Source of the DNA: Candidatus Bathyarchaeota archaeon
Lineage (GTDB): Archaea > Thermoproteota > Bathyarchaeia > Bathyarchaeales > Bathycorpusculaceae
Length of the DNA stretch: 64,000 nt
Assembly: GCA_963775465.1 (NCBI GenBank)
Contig: CAVZIW010000008.1
Location: 32,001 to 96,000, forward strand
Reading direction: 5' to 3'
Position numbers and translations under genes: made by a program. The notes under the pieces are model-generated. The model searched no databases and was not told the origin of the DNA. It saw nothing but the letters and a program-made list of their open reading frames with translations. Shown here in pieces: positions 49,468 to 59,535 of this stretch (within the stretch, counting starts at the first letter, position 1; each line of letters begins with the position of its first letter).

Positions 49468-50044
49468 ATCAATAATGCACACAATGTTAGATAAAAATAA
49501 TCCATTCAAAACTGATTAAGACAACAAAACGATGCCCAAACTCCAGAAGCCCGCCCTCCTCAGGTCTCCTATAAGCAACTGACACCCCGCAGACCGGAGA
49601 CCACTATACTATGCACCTCCCTCCGCACTCAAAGACTCTGTTTTTGAAGTTGAAGCAATAAGGTTTTGCGGGCTAACCTACTAGTGATTTGTTCAATTTC
49701 TATTCCGCACAAAACCTCACTACAAACAATTATAACGGTATTTTATGCTATCTAGCAAATGGCTATTTCTTTCCTTGGGTAAACGCTGAAGGCTGCTTGT
49801 TCTTTCATGACCAATCGAGTTAGAGTTGATTATTGCTGTTCAATTCACAATAACGTTTATCGCGTTCAGTTTTTAAACGATGTCTGAGCGTCAATGTCTG
49901 TGAAGTTAGAATGCTTCAAGAATTAGCCATCATTCCGCGACTGAGACTTCCCGGGAGCCTCAGAAAACTTGCGTAATTGTTGCAGAGGAATAGAAGCAAT
50001 ACCTGGTCCTTGCTTCCTAAACCAAATAAATATCCATATTGCCT

Positions 50045-50452
50045 TTACTGAAACTCTCTCAAAGCTTCCTCAAGCTCGCTAAAACTCTTTATTATAATGT
50101 CTGAATGAAAAACTATCCATGGACTCAGGCAGTTTATTTCTGATACGACAATGATGTGTTTGCCTTTTCGTTTGGCATAGAACATTTCCATACACGCACC
50201 CGCCGAAAGAATAGGCAGGTAAACAACCATTACATCGCATTTATCTGCATCATCTAAGTCTCGCTGGATAAAGTCAAAGACCGGTACCTTATCCCACCAA
50301 CAATCCTCCGTGCCCTGATAAATTACTCTTTCCCTCTTCCAGGGATCAATAACTTCAAACCCAACTTTTTCAGCGATTTTAGTGATGGATTTTCGGTAGT
50401 CCTGGTTTTTTTCCATACCGATAATGGGACCTGAAATGAACAACGACTTCAT
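50045..50452 (-). CDS. Nucleoside 2-deoxyribosyltransferase family protein
   Basis: FISGPI, DP, RDL..AD.CD, S.G..ME..YA. Confidence 0.8.
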   Translation of the reverse strand: MKSLFISGPIIGMEKNQDYRKSITKIAEKVGFEVIDPWKRERVIYQGTEDCWWDKVPVFDFIQRDLDDADKCDVMVVYLPILSAGACMEMFYAKRKGKHIIVVSEINCLSPWIVFHSDIIIKSFSELEEALREFQ

Positions 50453-50514
50453 CGACGTAACCGTACTTCAACAAACACGAAGACTAATATGTTTTATTTT
50501 TAATTGTTGCTGCC

Positions 50515-52008
50515 TCATGGCTTTGTTGATGTTTGGAATTTTTTGCCGTTTTCTTTGCACAATTCTCGGATTAGGTTGCGGCCAGTCAAGCAAACAGTGT
50601 TTAATCCAATTGTGCCGATAGCCCATTGTCCAACCATGTAAAAGTTCTTCAGACCAGGGAGTCTTTTGCTTACGCCATTATTGGTGACTTCTTTGACATA
50701 CTCTTTTGGAGCACCCCACGCTTGGCAACCACGGTAAGCCGCTGTCCAATTCTCAACCGATATTGGTGTAACGATTTCAGTTGCTTCAATATTGCCTTTG
50801 AAGCCTGGAAACCGCTTCTCCAATCGCTCAGCAATTAATTGGGCAACCTCTTGTTTTTCAGCACGGTACATCTCCTTGTTAGCGGAAAGCGCTTTCCAGT
50901 AATCATAATCAGATTCTAATACCACTTTGACGACTGTTTTGCCTTCAGGCGCCAAAGAAGGATCAAAGTTGAAAATTTCAACATCTAACCTGTCTCTTGC
51001 TTTGCCTTCCACCCTTAACGGTTGGTCTTGAAAGAGTACTAACGCGTGCGGTTCACCAGGAAATTCTTTGGCAACACCGTACCAAACTTCTAGCCCAAAC
51101 GGCTGAACTTTCGGATAAGCCTTGTAATAGGCGTCGATAGTTGGATTCACGTATTTGCCTTCCAACATGTTGTAGATTGTACTGTAACCGTCCGCGGCAG
51201 AAACAACGATATCTGCAAAATGCTCAGAGTCATCTCCAAGTTGCACACCCACTGCAACTCCATCTTTGACGATAATACTCTTCACTTTTGAATGGTAAGC
51301 TATTTGACCTCCAAGTCCCAAATAACGTTGCTCAATATTTTTCGACAAAGCCATTGAACCGCCGATTGGCCAGCCGCCATCACCCTGATTCAAAGTAGCT
51401 AAGAAAATCAAGGCAATCACCGTTGGGACTTCTGGGATGTCATATTGTATAGTTGCAAAAGCTTTACGCATGAACGGGTCAGTGAATTTATCTGCAAAAT
51501 CTCTGAGTGTCATCTTACTATATTTCATCAAAGCACTCATCAACGGGAGCATCTTTAGTTTTGTCGCAGCGCCCCCTGACATGGCGGCAAACAAGTCATA
51601 ACCGCTAAATTTGCGCACAGCCTTCACAAATTCCTCTATGACTTTCTGGTCGGCAGGTGCAAGTTCTTTCATATGCGTTTCAAGTTTTTTTAAGTCAGCG
51701 AAAACCGTGAAAGCCTTGCCGTTTGTATCCTCAACCTGAGTGAACTCCTCAAAAGCATGAACTTGCAATTCGTGTAATGCACCCAGTTCTTGCCACATAT
51801 GGTTGTTAACCGAGTTCGGAGTAACACCAAATACGTTATGGACAGCATAATCAAAAAGATACCCCTTTCGCAGCCACGAAACGCAGACGCCGCCAGGCTT
51901 TTCTTGCATTTCGAAAATCTTTGTATTGTAACCATTCATCTGTCCGTAACAGCCAGTAGCTAAACCTGCAAGACCAGCTCCGATTATCATGAGCGACTTA
52001 TTTACCAT
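50515..52008 (-). CDS. NAD(P)/FAD-dependent oxidoreductase (phytoene dehydrogenase-like)
   Basis: IIGAGLAGL, E...PGG.C.SW.RKGY.FD, PIGGS, TP, LPGLKNFYMVGQW. Confidence 0.88.
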   Translation of the reverse strand: MVNKSLMIIGAGLAGLATGCYGQMNGYNTKIFEMQEKPGGVCVSWLRKGYLFDYAVHNVFGVTPNSVNNHMWQELGALHELQVHAFEEFTQVEDTNGKAFTVFADLKKLETHMKELAPADQKVIEEFVKAVRKFSGYDLFAAMSGGAATKLKMLPLMSALMKYSKMTLRDFADKFTDPFMRKAFATIQYDIPEVPTVIALIFLATLNQGDGGWPIGGSMALSKNIEQRYLGLGGQIAYHSKVKSIIVKDGVAVGVQLGDDSEHFADIVVSAADGYSTIYNMLEGKYVNPTIDAYYKAYPKVQPFGLEVWYGVAKEFPGEPHALVLFQDQPLRVEGKARDRLDVEIFNFDPSLAPEGKTVVKVVLESDYDYWKALSANKEMYRAEKQEVAQLIAERLEKRFPGFKGNIEATEIVTPISVENWTAAYRGCQAWGAPKEYVKEVTNNGVSKRLPGLKNFYMVGQWAIGTIGLNTVCLTGRNLIRELCKENGKKFQTSTKP

Positions 52009-52116
52009 CGAATACCCAACCTGATTTCTAAATTAGAATTATATATCTTTTCGCTCGTCTTGAAAAAAATCCACTGCAAACAATATTTAGGTCAAAACAG
52101 AGTATGTTGATGAAAA

Positions 52117-52980
52117 ATGTCACGAACTAACTTAATACTTGAGCAAGCAGTTCTTTTTGACAAAAATGATTCAGTGAAACATGAAGTCGAAATTGCATTG
52201 GGCGCCCTCAAAGAGTTTAATCAAAAATATCCCTTTGCCGAAAATCTTCAAACAATAGAGTGGCTAGATCCCGATAAACTCTTTAAACTAAATCCTGATG
52301 AAGTCGGAGAATTCTTCCTTTTTCTACAAAGCTATCTTAAACCATTCACTAACACAACTCTAAGTAAATCTAACATCTACCGCAACGCACGCCTCCAAAT
52401 AAAAGAATTCAAAAACCTACTTCGAATAACAGTAGACAACCGAAAATCTTTAGCTCAAAAAATAGATGCTCCCTGGGACAGAATCGGCGGATTTGGACAA
52501 GACAAGCAACTTGCTAAAAAAATCATATACTGCCTCAACTACAAAAACCCAACGATCCTCCCTATTTTTAGCAACCAACACCTGAGATTTTTTGTTAACC
52601 GAGTGGTCGATTCGCCAAATCTGCAACCAAAGTACCTCTCGCCAGGACAAGAATATGAAAATTATACTGCAGACATTTTAAATGCTAAAAATAGTCTGCC
52701 TCTAACTCGAGCATGGAACAATATGTACTTCACACGGTTCCTATACAAAACTTTTCCACCGCCAGACAGCGAATCCTCCTCATTACCTGAACAAAGAAAA
52801 ACAACAATCATCACAGAAGAACAACTAGATCTTCAAGGTTTCATGAAACTGCTCGGTGAACTCCAAACACAGCAAAAAATCACAGGGGAACAATTCCGAG
52901 AAAACCGTACCTTATGGATGAAACAACCCACCGAACGCGAAGCATTAACTAAACGCCTAAAGCAAAAACTTCAAACATAG
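52117..52980 (+). CDS. Hypothetical protein
   Basis: 287-aa ORF ending 8 nt before the tRNA-Lys 3' end. Confidence 0.75.
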   Translation: MSRTNLILEQAVLFDKNDSVKHEVEIALGALKEFNQKYPFAENLQTIEWLDPDKLFKLNPDEVGEFFLFLQSYLKPFTNTTLSKSNIYRNARLQIKEFKNLLRITVDNRKSLAQKIDAPWDRIGGFGQDKQLAKKIIYCLNYKNPTILPIFSNQHLRFFVNRVVDSPNLQPKYLSPGQEYENYTADILNAKNSLPLTRAWNNMYFTRFLYKTFPPPDSESSSLPEQRKTTIITEEQLDLQGFMKLLGELQTQQKITGEQFRENRTLWMKQPTEREALTKRLKQKLQT

Positions 52981-52988
52981 CTTGAAAT

Positions 52989-53066
52989 TGGCGGGCCCGA
53001 CGGGAATTGAACCCGCGACCTACGGATTAAGAGTCCGCCGCTCTGGCCTGACTGAGCTACGGGCCC
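52989..53066 (-). tRNA. tRNA-Lys(CTT)
   Basis: Reverse complement GGGCCCGTAGCTCAG...GCGGA-CTCTTAA-TCCGT...GGTTCAATTCC...CGGGCCCGCCA. Confidence 0.97.
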
Positions 53067-53187
53067 GCTGATGTCACTTTTGAAAAAGGTTTCATTGAGC
53101 AATATAGATTTTGTGGTTTTGTTGTAGCAGCTTGATGCAGCGAAGCCTAATAACAAAGGTGGATAATTGGTTCTTGGAGAAGTTTTA

Positions 53188-54099
53188 ATGGTCGATTCTC
53201 TGGGTGAAGTTTTTCTTCTGAAAACAACAAATCGAGCGGTTGGAATCCCTGAATTAATCAATCGGATCAGCTTGTCTGATTATTCTAAAAAACAAATAGC
53301 AATTAAAGCAAATTTTAACAGCGCTGACCCATTTCCTGCCTCGACTCATTTGGACACTTTACGAGCGATTATTGGATCATTAAAGAATGCAGAAGTAGGT
53401 ACAATAACTTTGGCGGAACGCAGCGGCATGGGCAACACTGAGCACGTACTGGAGCAAATGGGCGTTTTCGCTTTATCCAAAGAACTGGGTTTTGAAACAC
53501 TTATTCTAGATAATATAGACAAAGACGGCTGGGTAAAATTCAACCGAGACAAAACCCATTGGCTGCACGGCTTCTACATAGCCAAAGTCTTCCATGACGC
53601 AGACAAAATCGTCCAAACCTGCTGCCTAAAAACCCATCGATTCGGCGGGCACTTCACTTTATCCCTGAAAAACTCTGTGGGGATGGTTGCAAAGAAAGTT
53701 CCAGGAGGAATTTACGACTACATGTGGGAGCTGCATGGATCCCCCTTTCAGCGTCAGATGATTGCGGAAATAAACAACAATTACAACTTGGACTTTGTTG
53801 TGATGGACGGCATAAAAGCATTCATCAGTGAAGGACCAGAAAAAGGAACAGTGGTTGAACCAAATCTATTATTGGCAAGCAGAGATCGAGTAGCTATCGA
53901 TGCGGTCGGAGTGGCGATTCTAAAATTGTACGGAGCTAAAGGCAAGATTGGTGAAGAAGAAATTTTTAAACAAGACCAACTCGAAAGAGCAGCAGACTTG
54001 AGCTTCGGAGTCAAATCAGCAGACGAAATAAAACTAACAGCACTCAACGATGAAACCATTGATAATGTTGAGCGAATAGAGCAGATTCTCAAAACATAA
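53188..54099 (+). CDS. DUF362 domain protein
   Basis: IKANFNS, LKTH.F..HFTLSLKN.VG, D.VAIDA.G. Confidence 0.85.
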   Translation: MVDSLGEVFLLKTTNRAVGIPELINRISLSDYSKKQIAIKANFNSADPFPASTHLDTLRAIIGSLKNAEVGTITLAERSGMGNTEHVLEQMGVFALSKELGFETLILDNIDKDGWVKFNRDKTHWLHGFYIAKVFHDADKIVQTCCLKTHRFGGHFTLSLKNSVGMVAKKVPGGIYDYMWELHGSPFQRQMIAEINNNYNLDFVVMDGIKAFISEGPEKGTVVEPNLLLASRDRVAIDAVGVAILKLYGAKGKIGEEEIFKQDQLERAADLSFGVKSADEIKLTALNDETIDNVERIEQILKT

Positions 54100-54234
54100 T
54101 TTACGCTCATATGTAAAATTTCACCATTTTCAGATAAATTACAACTATTAATTTTTAAAAAACTAGAAAATTGTTGGAACAAAAAAGAATCCTTATTATG
54201 ATTTTACACTCTTCAATCTTGAGGAGGTTTACTC

Positions 54235-54732
54235 ATGTTTAATGAAAAAATTATTTTAACCCCAATTGGCTATATCAAAACTGATGCGAAGGGTGATGAA
54301 GTTAGAGAAAAATTGCATCATTCAAAAATCATAGTTAACAGAAATTTGGATGCTGCTTTAGATGGGATTTCTGGTTTTTCGCATCTATTTGTGATGTTTT
54401 GGTTAAACCAGATAAAAGAAGAGCAACGTTTAATGTTGAAGGTTCATCCGAGAGGGAGAACCGATTTACCTTTAACAGGTGTTTTCGCTGTAAGAACTAT
54501 GCTTCGTCCAAACCCCATCGGGCTAACTTTGGTGGAGTTAATTGTAGTCGAAGACAATGTTTTGACAATTAAAGGACTAGATGCTTACGATGGTACTCCA
54601 GTATTAGATATTAAGCCTTATGACCCATGGGATACAGCTGAAAATCCAAGGGTTCCGGATTGGTGGCTAAACTTAGAAAAAGACAAAAAATACGCTAAAG
54701 CAAATCGCCAACCCCGTATTTGCCGTCAATAG
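54235..54732 (+). CDS. tsaA: tRNA m6t6A37 methyltransferase TrmO/TsaA family
   Basis: PIG.I, FSHL, GVFA.R...RPNPIGL, GLDA.DGTPVLDIKPY. Confidence 0.9.
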   Translation: MFNEKIILTPIGYIKTDAKGDEVREKLHHSKIIVNRNLDAALDGISGFSHLFVMFWLNQIKEEQRLMLKVHPRGRTDLPLTGVFAVRTMLRPNPIGLTLVELIVVEDNVLTIKGLDAYDGTPVLDIKPYDPWDTAENPRVPDWWLNLEKDKKYAKANRQPRICRQ

Positions 54733-55195
54733 CTTTCAACATAGCTTTTCTAAGGGGTTCGCCTTTCATTTCCTCGGTTTTCAGTTTTCCAACTGTTTTA
54801 GCCAGCTCTGGATCCTTTAGAGCATCACGCAACCAACTCTCAAAATCGCCTCTGTACAGATGGAATTCTATGGAATCAGTTGTAACCTGCTTTATTTGTC
54901 TATAGAACTCTATCAATGAACTTGCAGAGAAACCTAAGGGTTTATCGACACTTACGTAGAAATTAAAGCTCATTTCACTTGAAATATGTGTGGATATTTT
55001 AAGGGCGTTTTTGCCTTTTTCTGTTAAGCCGTAACCACCGCCGACCTTGCGTAGAAAGCCTTCCGCGGCAAGTTCTTGAACTTGCTCTATGGCTTGGGTT
55101 GGTTCTAGGTTTACCGCTTGTGCAAACATATGTATGTCCATTCGGTTGGTGGCTTCGTTCATCGTTTTTAGAATTTTGATTTGTTCTTCCTTCAA
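54695..55195 (-). CDS. Winged-helix plus DUF5752-like domain protein
   Basis: N-terminal wHTH (YGLTEKG); A.SL.EF...SIEFHLYRGDFESW..D.L.D.ELA. Confidence 0.7.
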   Translation of the reverse strand: MKEEQIKILKTMNEATNRMDIHMFAQAVNLEPTQAIEQVQELAAEGFLRKVGGGYGLTEKGKNALKISTHISSEMSFNFYVSVDKPLGFSASSLIEFYRQIKQVTTDSIEFHLYRGDFESWLRDALKDPELAKTVGKLKTEEMKGEPLRKAMLKAIDGKYGVGDLL

Positions 55196-55321
55196 GAAGT
55201 TTCGCCTCTTAGTACATTTATTATCTATTATTAGAGAAATTTAAATGTGTTAATGTCATTTCAACAAAAATGAATAGGAATTCTTTTACTTTCAAAAACC
55301 AATATGGGACGGGGTCAATCT

Positions 55322-55642
55322 ATGAGTACTCGTTACGTTTTGGTTTTGGTTACCACAAAAGATAAAATAGAAGCTGAAAAAATCGCGCAGAAACTTTTGA
55401 AAGAAAAACTTGTCGCATGTGCAAATATAATTGATCCTGTTACTTCACATTTCCATTGGTCGGGGAAAATCGACGAATCCAAAGAGTGTTTAATAATCAT
55501 GAAATCTCGAATAGATCTTTTTTCTGAGCTAGCTGGGATTGTAAAGGATTTGCATAGTTACAAGGTTCCCGAAATTCTAGCCATCCCGATTGTAGTTGGT
55601 TCGGATGATTACCTAACTTGGATTAATGAAACTCTCAAATAA
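55322..55642 (+). CDS. cutA: Divalent-cation tolerance protein CutA
   Basis: A.KIA..LL..KLVACANI, S.F.W.GKI, HSY.VPEI. Confidence 0.92.
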   Translation: MSTRYVLVLVTTKDKIEAEKIAQKLLKEKLVACANIIDPVTSHFHWSGKIDESKECLIIMKSRIDLFSELAGIVKDLHSYKVPEILAIPIVVGSDDYLTWINETLK

Positions 55643-55696
55643 CGTACACATGTACAAAAATGTGCAAATAAGCCTTAAATAGTACAGTTCTGTATT
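55643..55696 (+). promoter_or_regulatory. trp promoter with TRP-box-like repeats (TGTACA-N4-TGTGCA; AGTACA-N4-TGTATT) flanking a TTAAATA TATA box
   Basis: Repeats read directly; TGTACA is the TrpY-binding consensus described in Methanothermobacter. Confidence 0.6.
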
Positions 55697-55720
55697 GATG
55701 TGAACTAACACGGAGATCGA

Positions 55721-57122
55721 CTGCAATGGGGAATCGTCTTTGGCACAACCAAACCAAAAAACAAACTACATATTAAAAAAATCAACCTAAGCCAAACCCC
55801 ACTAGAAATATTCTCAAAACTCCAAAAAAAATACCCAACAGTCTACCTCCTCGAGTCTATCGAAGGACCACAAAAACTAGCCCAATACTCCTTCATCGGA
55901 TTTAATCCAAAGACCACAATTCAAATTACTAAAGGCAAAGCAAAAATAACCGACACCCAAACCCAAAAAACCACAACTGAACAGACAAACGATCCTCTAA
56001 AGCTGATCCAAAAACTACTCGAAAAAAATTCTCTTCAACACACTCAACTAAGATTTGTTGGAGGCGCAGTAGGCTACATTTCTTATGACGCTATTCGCTA
56101 CTGGGAAAATCTACCTCATAAAAACAAGAATTGTGATTTTCCAGACATAGAGTTTGGAATTTTCGAGGACGGCCTAATAATAAACCATATCGAAAATCAG
56201 GCTCTATATTATCATCGAAATGAAAATAGGCTTGCAGAAGTTGAAGATCTACTAAAAAAGCCTTATGAGCCCAACTTGCTATCTTGCACTCACCCAAAAG
56301 TTGAAACCACTAAAGAAAAATATGAAAAAGCAGTTGAAAAGGCCAAAGAATACATCAATGCAGGAGACATCTTCCAAGTTGTCCTCTCCAAACGTTTTCA
56401 ATTTAAACTGCAGGGAAGCCTAATTCCCTTCTATGAAGCGCTTAGAACAATCAACCCTTCCCCATACATGTATTACCTCAAGTTTGGTAAACATCAAATC
56501 GTTGGCTCTAGTCCTGAAATGCTTATCCGCGTCGACAATCGCATGGTCGAAACTTTTCCAATTGCTGGCACTAAACCCATTGCCAAGACACATGCAGAAA
56601 ACTCCAAATTAGCTACTGAATTACTCGCTGATCCAAAAGAGTGTGCAGAACATGTTATGCTTGTGGATCTTGCTCGAAATGATCTTGGTCGAATTTCAAA
56701 ATACGGCACAGTTAGCGTACCAGAGTTTATGAAGGTTCACCAATACAGTCACGTTCAGCATATCGTCTCACAAGTTGTTGGAGAACTAAAAGACGAGCTG
56801 CAAAGTTATGATGCAGTTAGAGCAGTGTTTCCCGCAGGAACCGTTTCAGGGGCACCGAAGGTTCGCGCTATGGAAATCATCGATGAACTTGAAACATCTG
56901 CCTAGAGGACCCTACGCCGGAGCGGTCGGGTACTTCTCCTACAATGGCAATGCCGATTTTGCCATAACGATTCGCACATTATTTGCCGACGAAAACAAAG
57001 GCTACCTTCAAGCAGGGGCAGGCATCGTTGCAGACTCTGTCCCAGAACGAGAATGGTTTGAAACAGACTACAAGGCAAAAGCGCTTATAAGCGCTCTTGA
57101 AATAGCTGGGGGCAAAAAACCA
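55721..57122 (+). pseudogene. trpE: Anthranilate synthase component I, frameshifted (pseudogene, recoded or assembly error)
   Basis: Frame open from 55709 with YLLESIEG..YSFIG, FVGGAVGY.SYD, GDIFQVVLS, EHVMLVDLARND, GAPKVRAM; TAG at 56903; RGPYAGAVGY and QAGAGIVADS continue in the +1 frame; no in-frame ATG at the 5' end. Confidence 0.85.
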
Positions 57123-57707
57123 CTGAAGGTTCTTGTCATTGATAATTATGATTCTTTTGTCTATAACCTTGTACAATACATTGGTGAACTGGGCGCACAA
57201 ACAATCGTTTTTCGAAATAACCAAATAAGCCTCGTAGACGCAGCCAAGCTAAAGCCTGACAGAATCGTTATTTCACCAGGTCCAGGAAACCCTGAAGACG
57301 AAAAATACTTCGGCGTTTGTACCCAAATCCTCCAAACCCTCAGTCCAGTCATCCCCACATTGGGCGTCTGCTTAGGGCACCAAGGAATAATTCACGCTTA
57401 CGGCGGAAAAATAATTCACGCCAAAAAACTCATGCATGGAAAGACCTGCACCATAAAACACAGTCAAAAAGACATATTTGCCGGAGTTCGCAATCCCTTC
57501 AACGCAACAAGATACCACTCCCTCGCGGGCTCAAGAGACTCAATCCCCGACTGTCTTGAAATCACCGCCGAAGCAATTGACGACAACGAAATCATGGCAA
57601 TAAAACACGTCAAATACCCCATTTACGGAGTTCAATTCCACCCAGAATCAATCCTATGCGAAGACGGCAAGCTTATAATCAAAAATTTCTTGGAGCGAAA
57701 ACTATGA
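57123..57707 (+). CDS. trpG: Anthranilate synthase component II (glutamine amidotransferase)
   Basis: IDNYDSFVYNL, SPGPG, GVCLGHQ, RYHSL, QFHPES; begins at CTG and is in frame with the TrpE C-terminus. Confidence 0.9.
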   Translation: MKVLVIDNYDSFVYNLVQYIGELGAQTIVFRNNQISLVDAAKLKPDRIVISPGPGNPEDEKYFGVCTQILQTLSPVIPTLGVCLGHQGIIHAYGGKIIHAKKLMHGKTCTIKHSQKDIFAGVRNPFNATRYHSLAGSRDSIPDCLEITAEAIDDNEIMAIKHVKYPIYGVQFHPESILCEDGKLIIKNFLERKL

Positions 57708-58762
57708 TGATTCGTGAAGGAATACAAAAAATCGTCGACGGCAACAACCTAAACTCGGATCAATCAAAACAAATAATGAATGAAATCATGACAGGAAAAT
57801 CGACCAACGCACAAACAGCTGCCTTTCTAACCTCCCTTCGCATGAAAGGAGAATCAACAGATGAACTAATCGCTTTCGCGTCAATTATGAGAACTAACTG
57901 CTGCACGATACACCCCAAAGTTCAAGGAAGACTAATTGACACATGCGGAACAGGCGGAGATAAAATCAAGACCTTTAACGTCAGTACAACAGCCGCATTC
58001 GTTATCGCAGGTGCAGGAATCGCAGTAGCCAAACATGGAAATCGAGCAGTTACAAGCAAAAGCGGTAGCGCTGACGTTCTAGAAAAACTAGGCTTAAATC
58101 TAAAAATGGAGCCAAAACAAATCGAAAGAGTAATCGAAAAAGTCGGCGTTGGATTCATGTTTGCCCCTCTTTTTCACCCAGCCATGAAATATGCAGCTGA
58201 AGCCAGAAGAGACATCGGTATCCGAACAGTCTTTAACGTTCTCGGACCGATGACAAACCCAGCATGCGCCGACGCTCAGCTATTGGGCGTTTATGACCAC
58301 AAAATGGTTGCAACAATCGCTTATGCGTTACAGCAACTTGGAAGCAAAGAAGCAATGGTCGTTTATGGTCTCGATGGACTGGATGAGATTTCGACAATAG
58401 GAAAATCACTCATTGCCCACTTGAAAAACGGAAAAGTTACAGAATCAGAATTCACCCCAGAAGACTTTGGAATCAAAAAAGCAAACATTGCCGATTTGCA
58501 GGCATCCACACATGAAGAAAACGCAGAAATTATAGTTAAAATCTTGAAGGGAGATTCGACAGTAAAAACAAAAACTGACATAGTATTGGTGAACAGCGCC
58601 GCCGGAATTATAGTAGGCGGGAAGGCAGATAACTTCAAGGAAGCCATCCAAATGGCAAAAGAATCGATTCAAAACGGATGCGCATATGCTAAACTCAAGG
58701 AATTGGTTGAAATAACTGGCGGAAACCCCCAAATGCTTGAGGAGATGGAAAGAGAAGGATGA
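57704..58762 (+). CDS. trpD: Anthranilate phosphoribosyltransferase
   Basis: DTCGTGGD, FNVST, KHGNR..TS.SGSAD, RTVFNVLGP, GLDE. Confidence 0.96.
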   Translation: MMIREGIQKIVDGNNLNSDQSKQIMNEIMTGKSTNAQTAAFLTSLRMKGESTDELIAFASIMRTNCCTIHPKVQGRLIDTCGTGGDKIKTFNVSTTAAFVIAGAGIAVAKHGNRAVTSKSGSADVLEKLGLNLKMEPKQIERVIEKVGVGFMFAPLFHPAMKYAAEARRDIGIRTVFNVLGPMTNPACADAQLLGVYDHKMVATIAYALQQLGSKEAMVVYGLDGLDEISTIGKSLIAHLKNGKVTESEFTPEDFGIKKANIADLQASTHEENAEIIVKILKGDSTVKTKTDIVLVNSAAGIIVGGKADNFKEAIQMAKESIQNGCAYAKLKELVEITGGNPQMLEEMEREG

Positions 58763-59535
58763 CCGACTTCCTGGATACCCTTGCAATGGATGCAACTAAG
58801 ACTGTTGACAGTGGATACTACAAAACCGATTCAAAGAAAAAACAGCCAAAAACAAGCCTTAGACAATCAATTCTCAACTGCAAACATAATTCAATCATTT
58901 CCGAAATCAAAGCTGTCTCTCCATCAATAGGAACTATACGAAACAAAATCGATACACCCCAAATCGCTCAAGCAATGGAAAGAGCAGGTTCAGCTGGAAT
59001 CTCAGTTCTAACAGAGCCTAAACACTTCAAAGGCTCCTTAACCGCACTCAAACAAGCAAGAGAAACCACGAAGCTACCAATACTCATGAAAGACATAATA
59101 ATCGTTACCGACCAAATCGAAGTTGGGGCACAAATCGGAGCCAACGCCGTATTGCTAATCCAAGCTCTTTTCGACAGAGACTGCTGTGAAATGAGTGTCG
59201 AAAAAACAATCTCTTTTGCGCACTCAAAAAGTCTTGAAGTATTGCTTGAAACCCACAGCGAATCAGAATTCCAAAAAGCTCTTGAAACAGACGCCGACCT
59301 TATTGGAATCAACAACCGCAACCTCGCGACCCTAAAAATTGACCTGAACACCACAAGACTAATTCTAGAAAAACATAAAGCACCCAATAAGCTGGTCGTA
59401 AGCGAAAGCGGAATAAAGACCCCCCTTGACCTTCAGTTTCTGCGAAGTTGCGGCGCAAACGCTTTCCTCATAGGTTCAAGCATCATGCTCACCGAGAACA
59501 TAGAAGAGAAAGTTACGGAGTTTGTATTGGCATGA
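58759..59535 (+). CDS. trpC: Indole-3-glycerol phosphate synthase
   Basis: ISEIK..SPS.G, SVLTEP, LMKD, GINNRNL, SESGI. Confidence 0.95.
   Translation: MTDFLDTLAMDATKTVDSGYYKTDSKKKQPKTSLRQSILNCKHNSIISEIKAVSPSIGTIRNKIDTPQIAQAMERAGSAGISVLTEPKHFKGSLTALKQARETTKLPILMKDIIIVTDQIEVGAQIGANAVLLIQALFDRDCCEMSVEKTISFAHSKSLEVLLETHSESEFQKALETDADLIGINNRNLATLKIDLNTTRLILEKHKAPNKLVVSESGIKTPLDLQFLRSCGANAFLIGSSIMLTENIEEKVTEFVLA

Noticed and set aside
52971-53261. 96-aa minus-strand ORF
   Set aside because: Reads through tRNA-Lys
56276-57707. ORF-track 209-aa and 299-aa proteins as independent genes
   Set aside because: They are pieces of frameshifted trpE plus trpG
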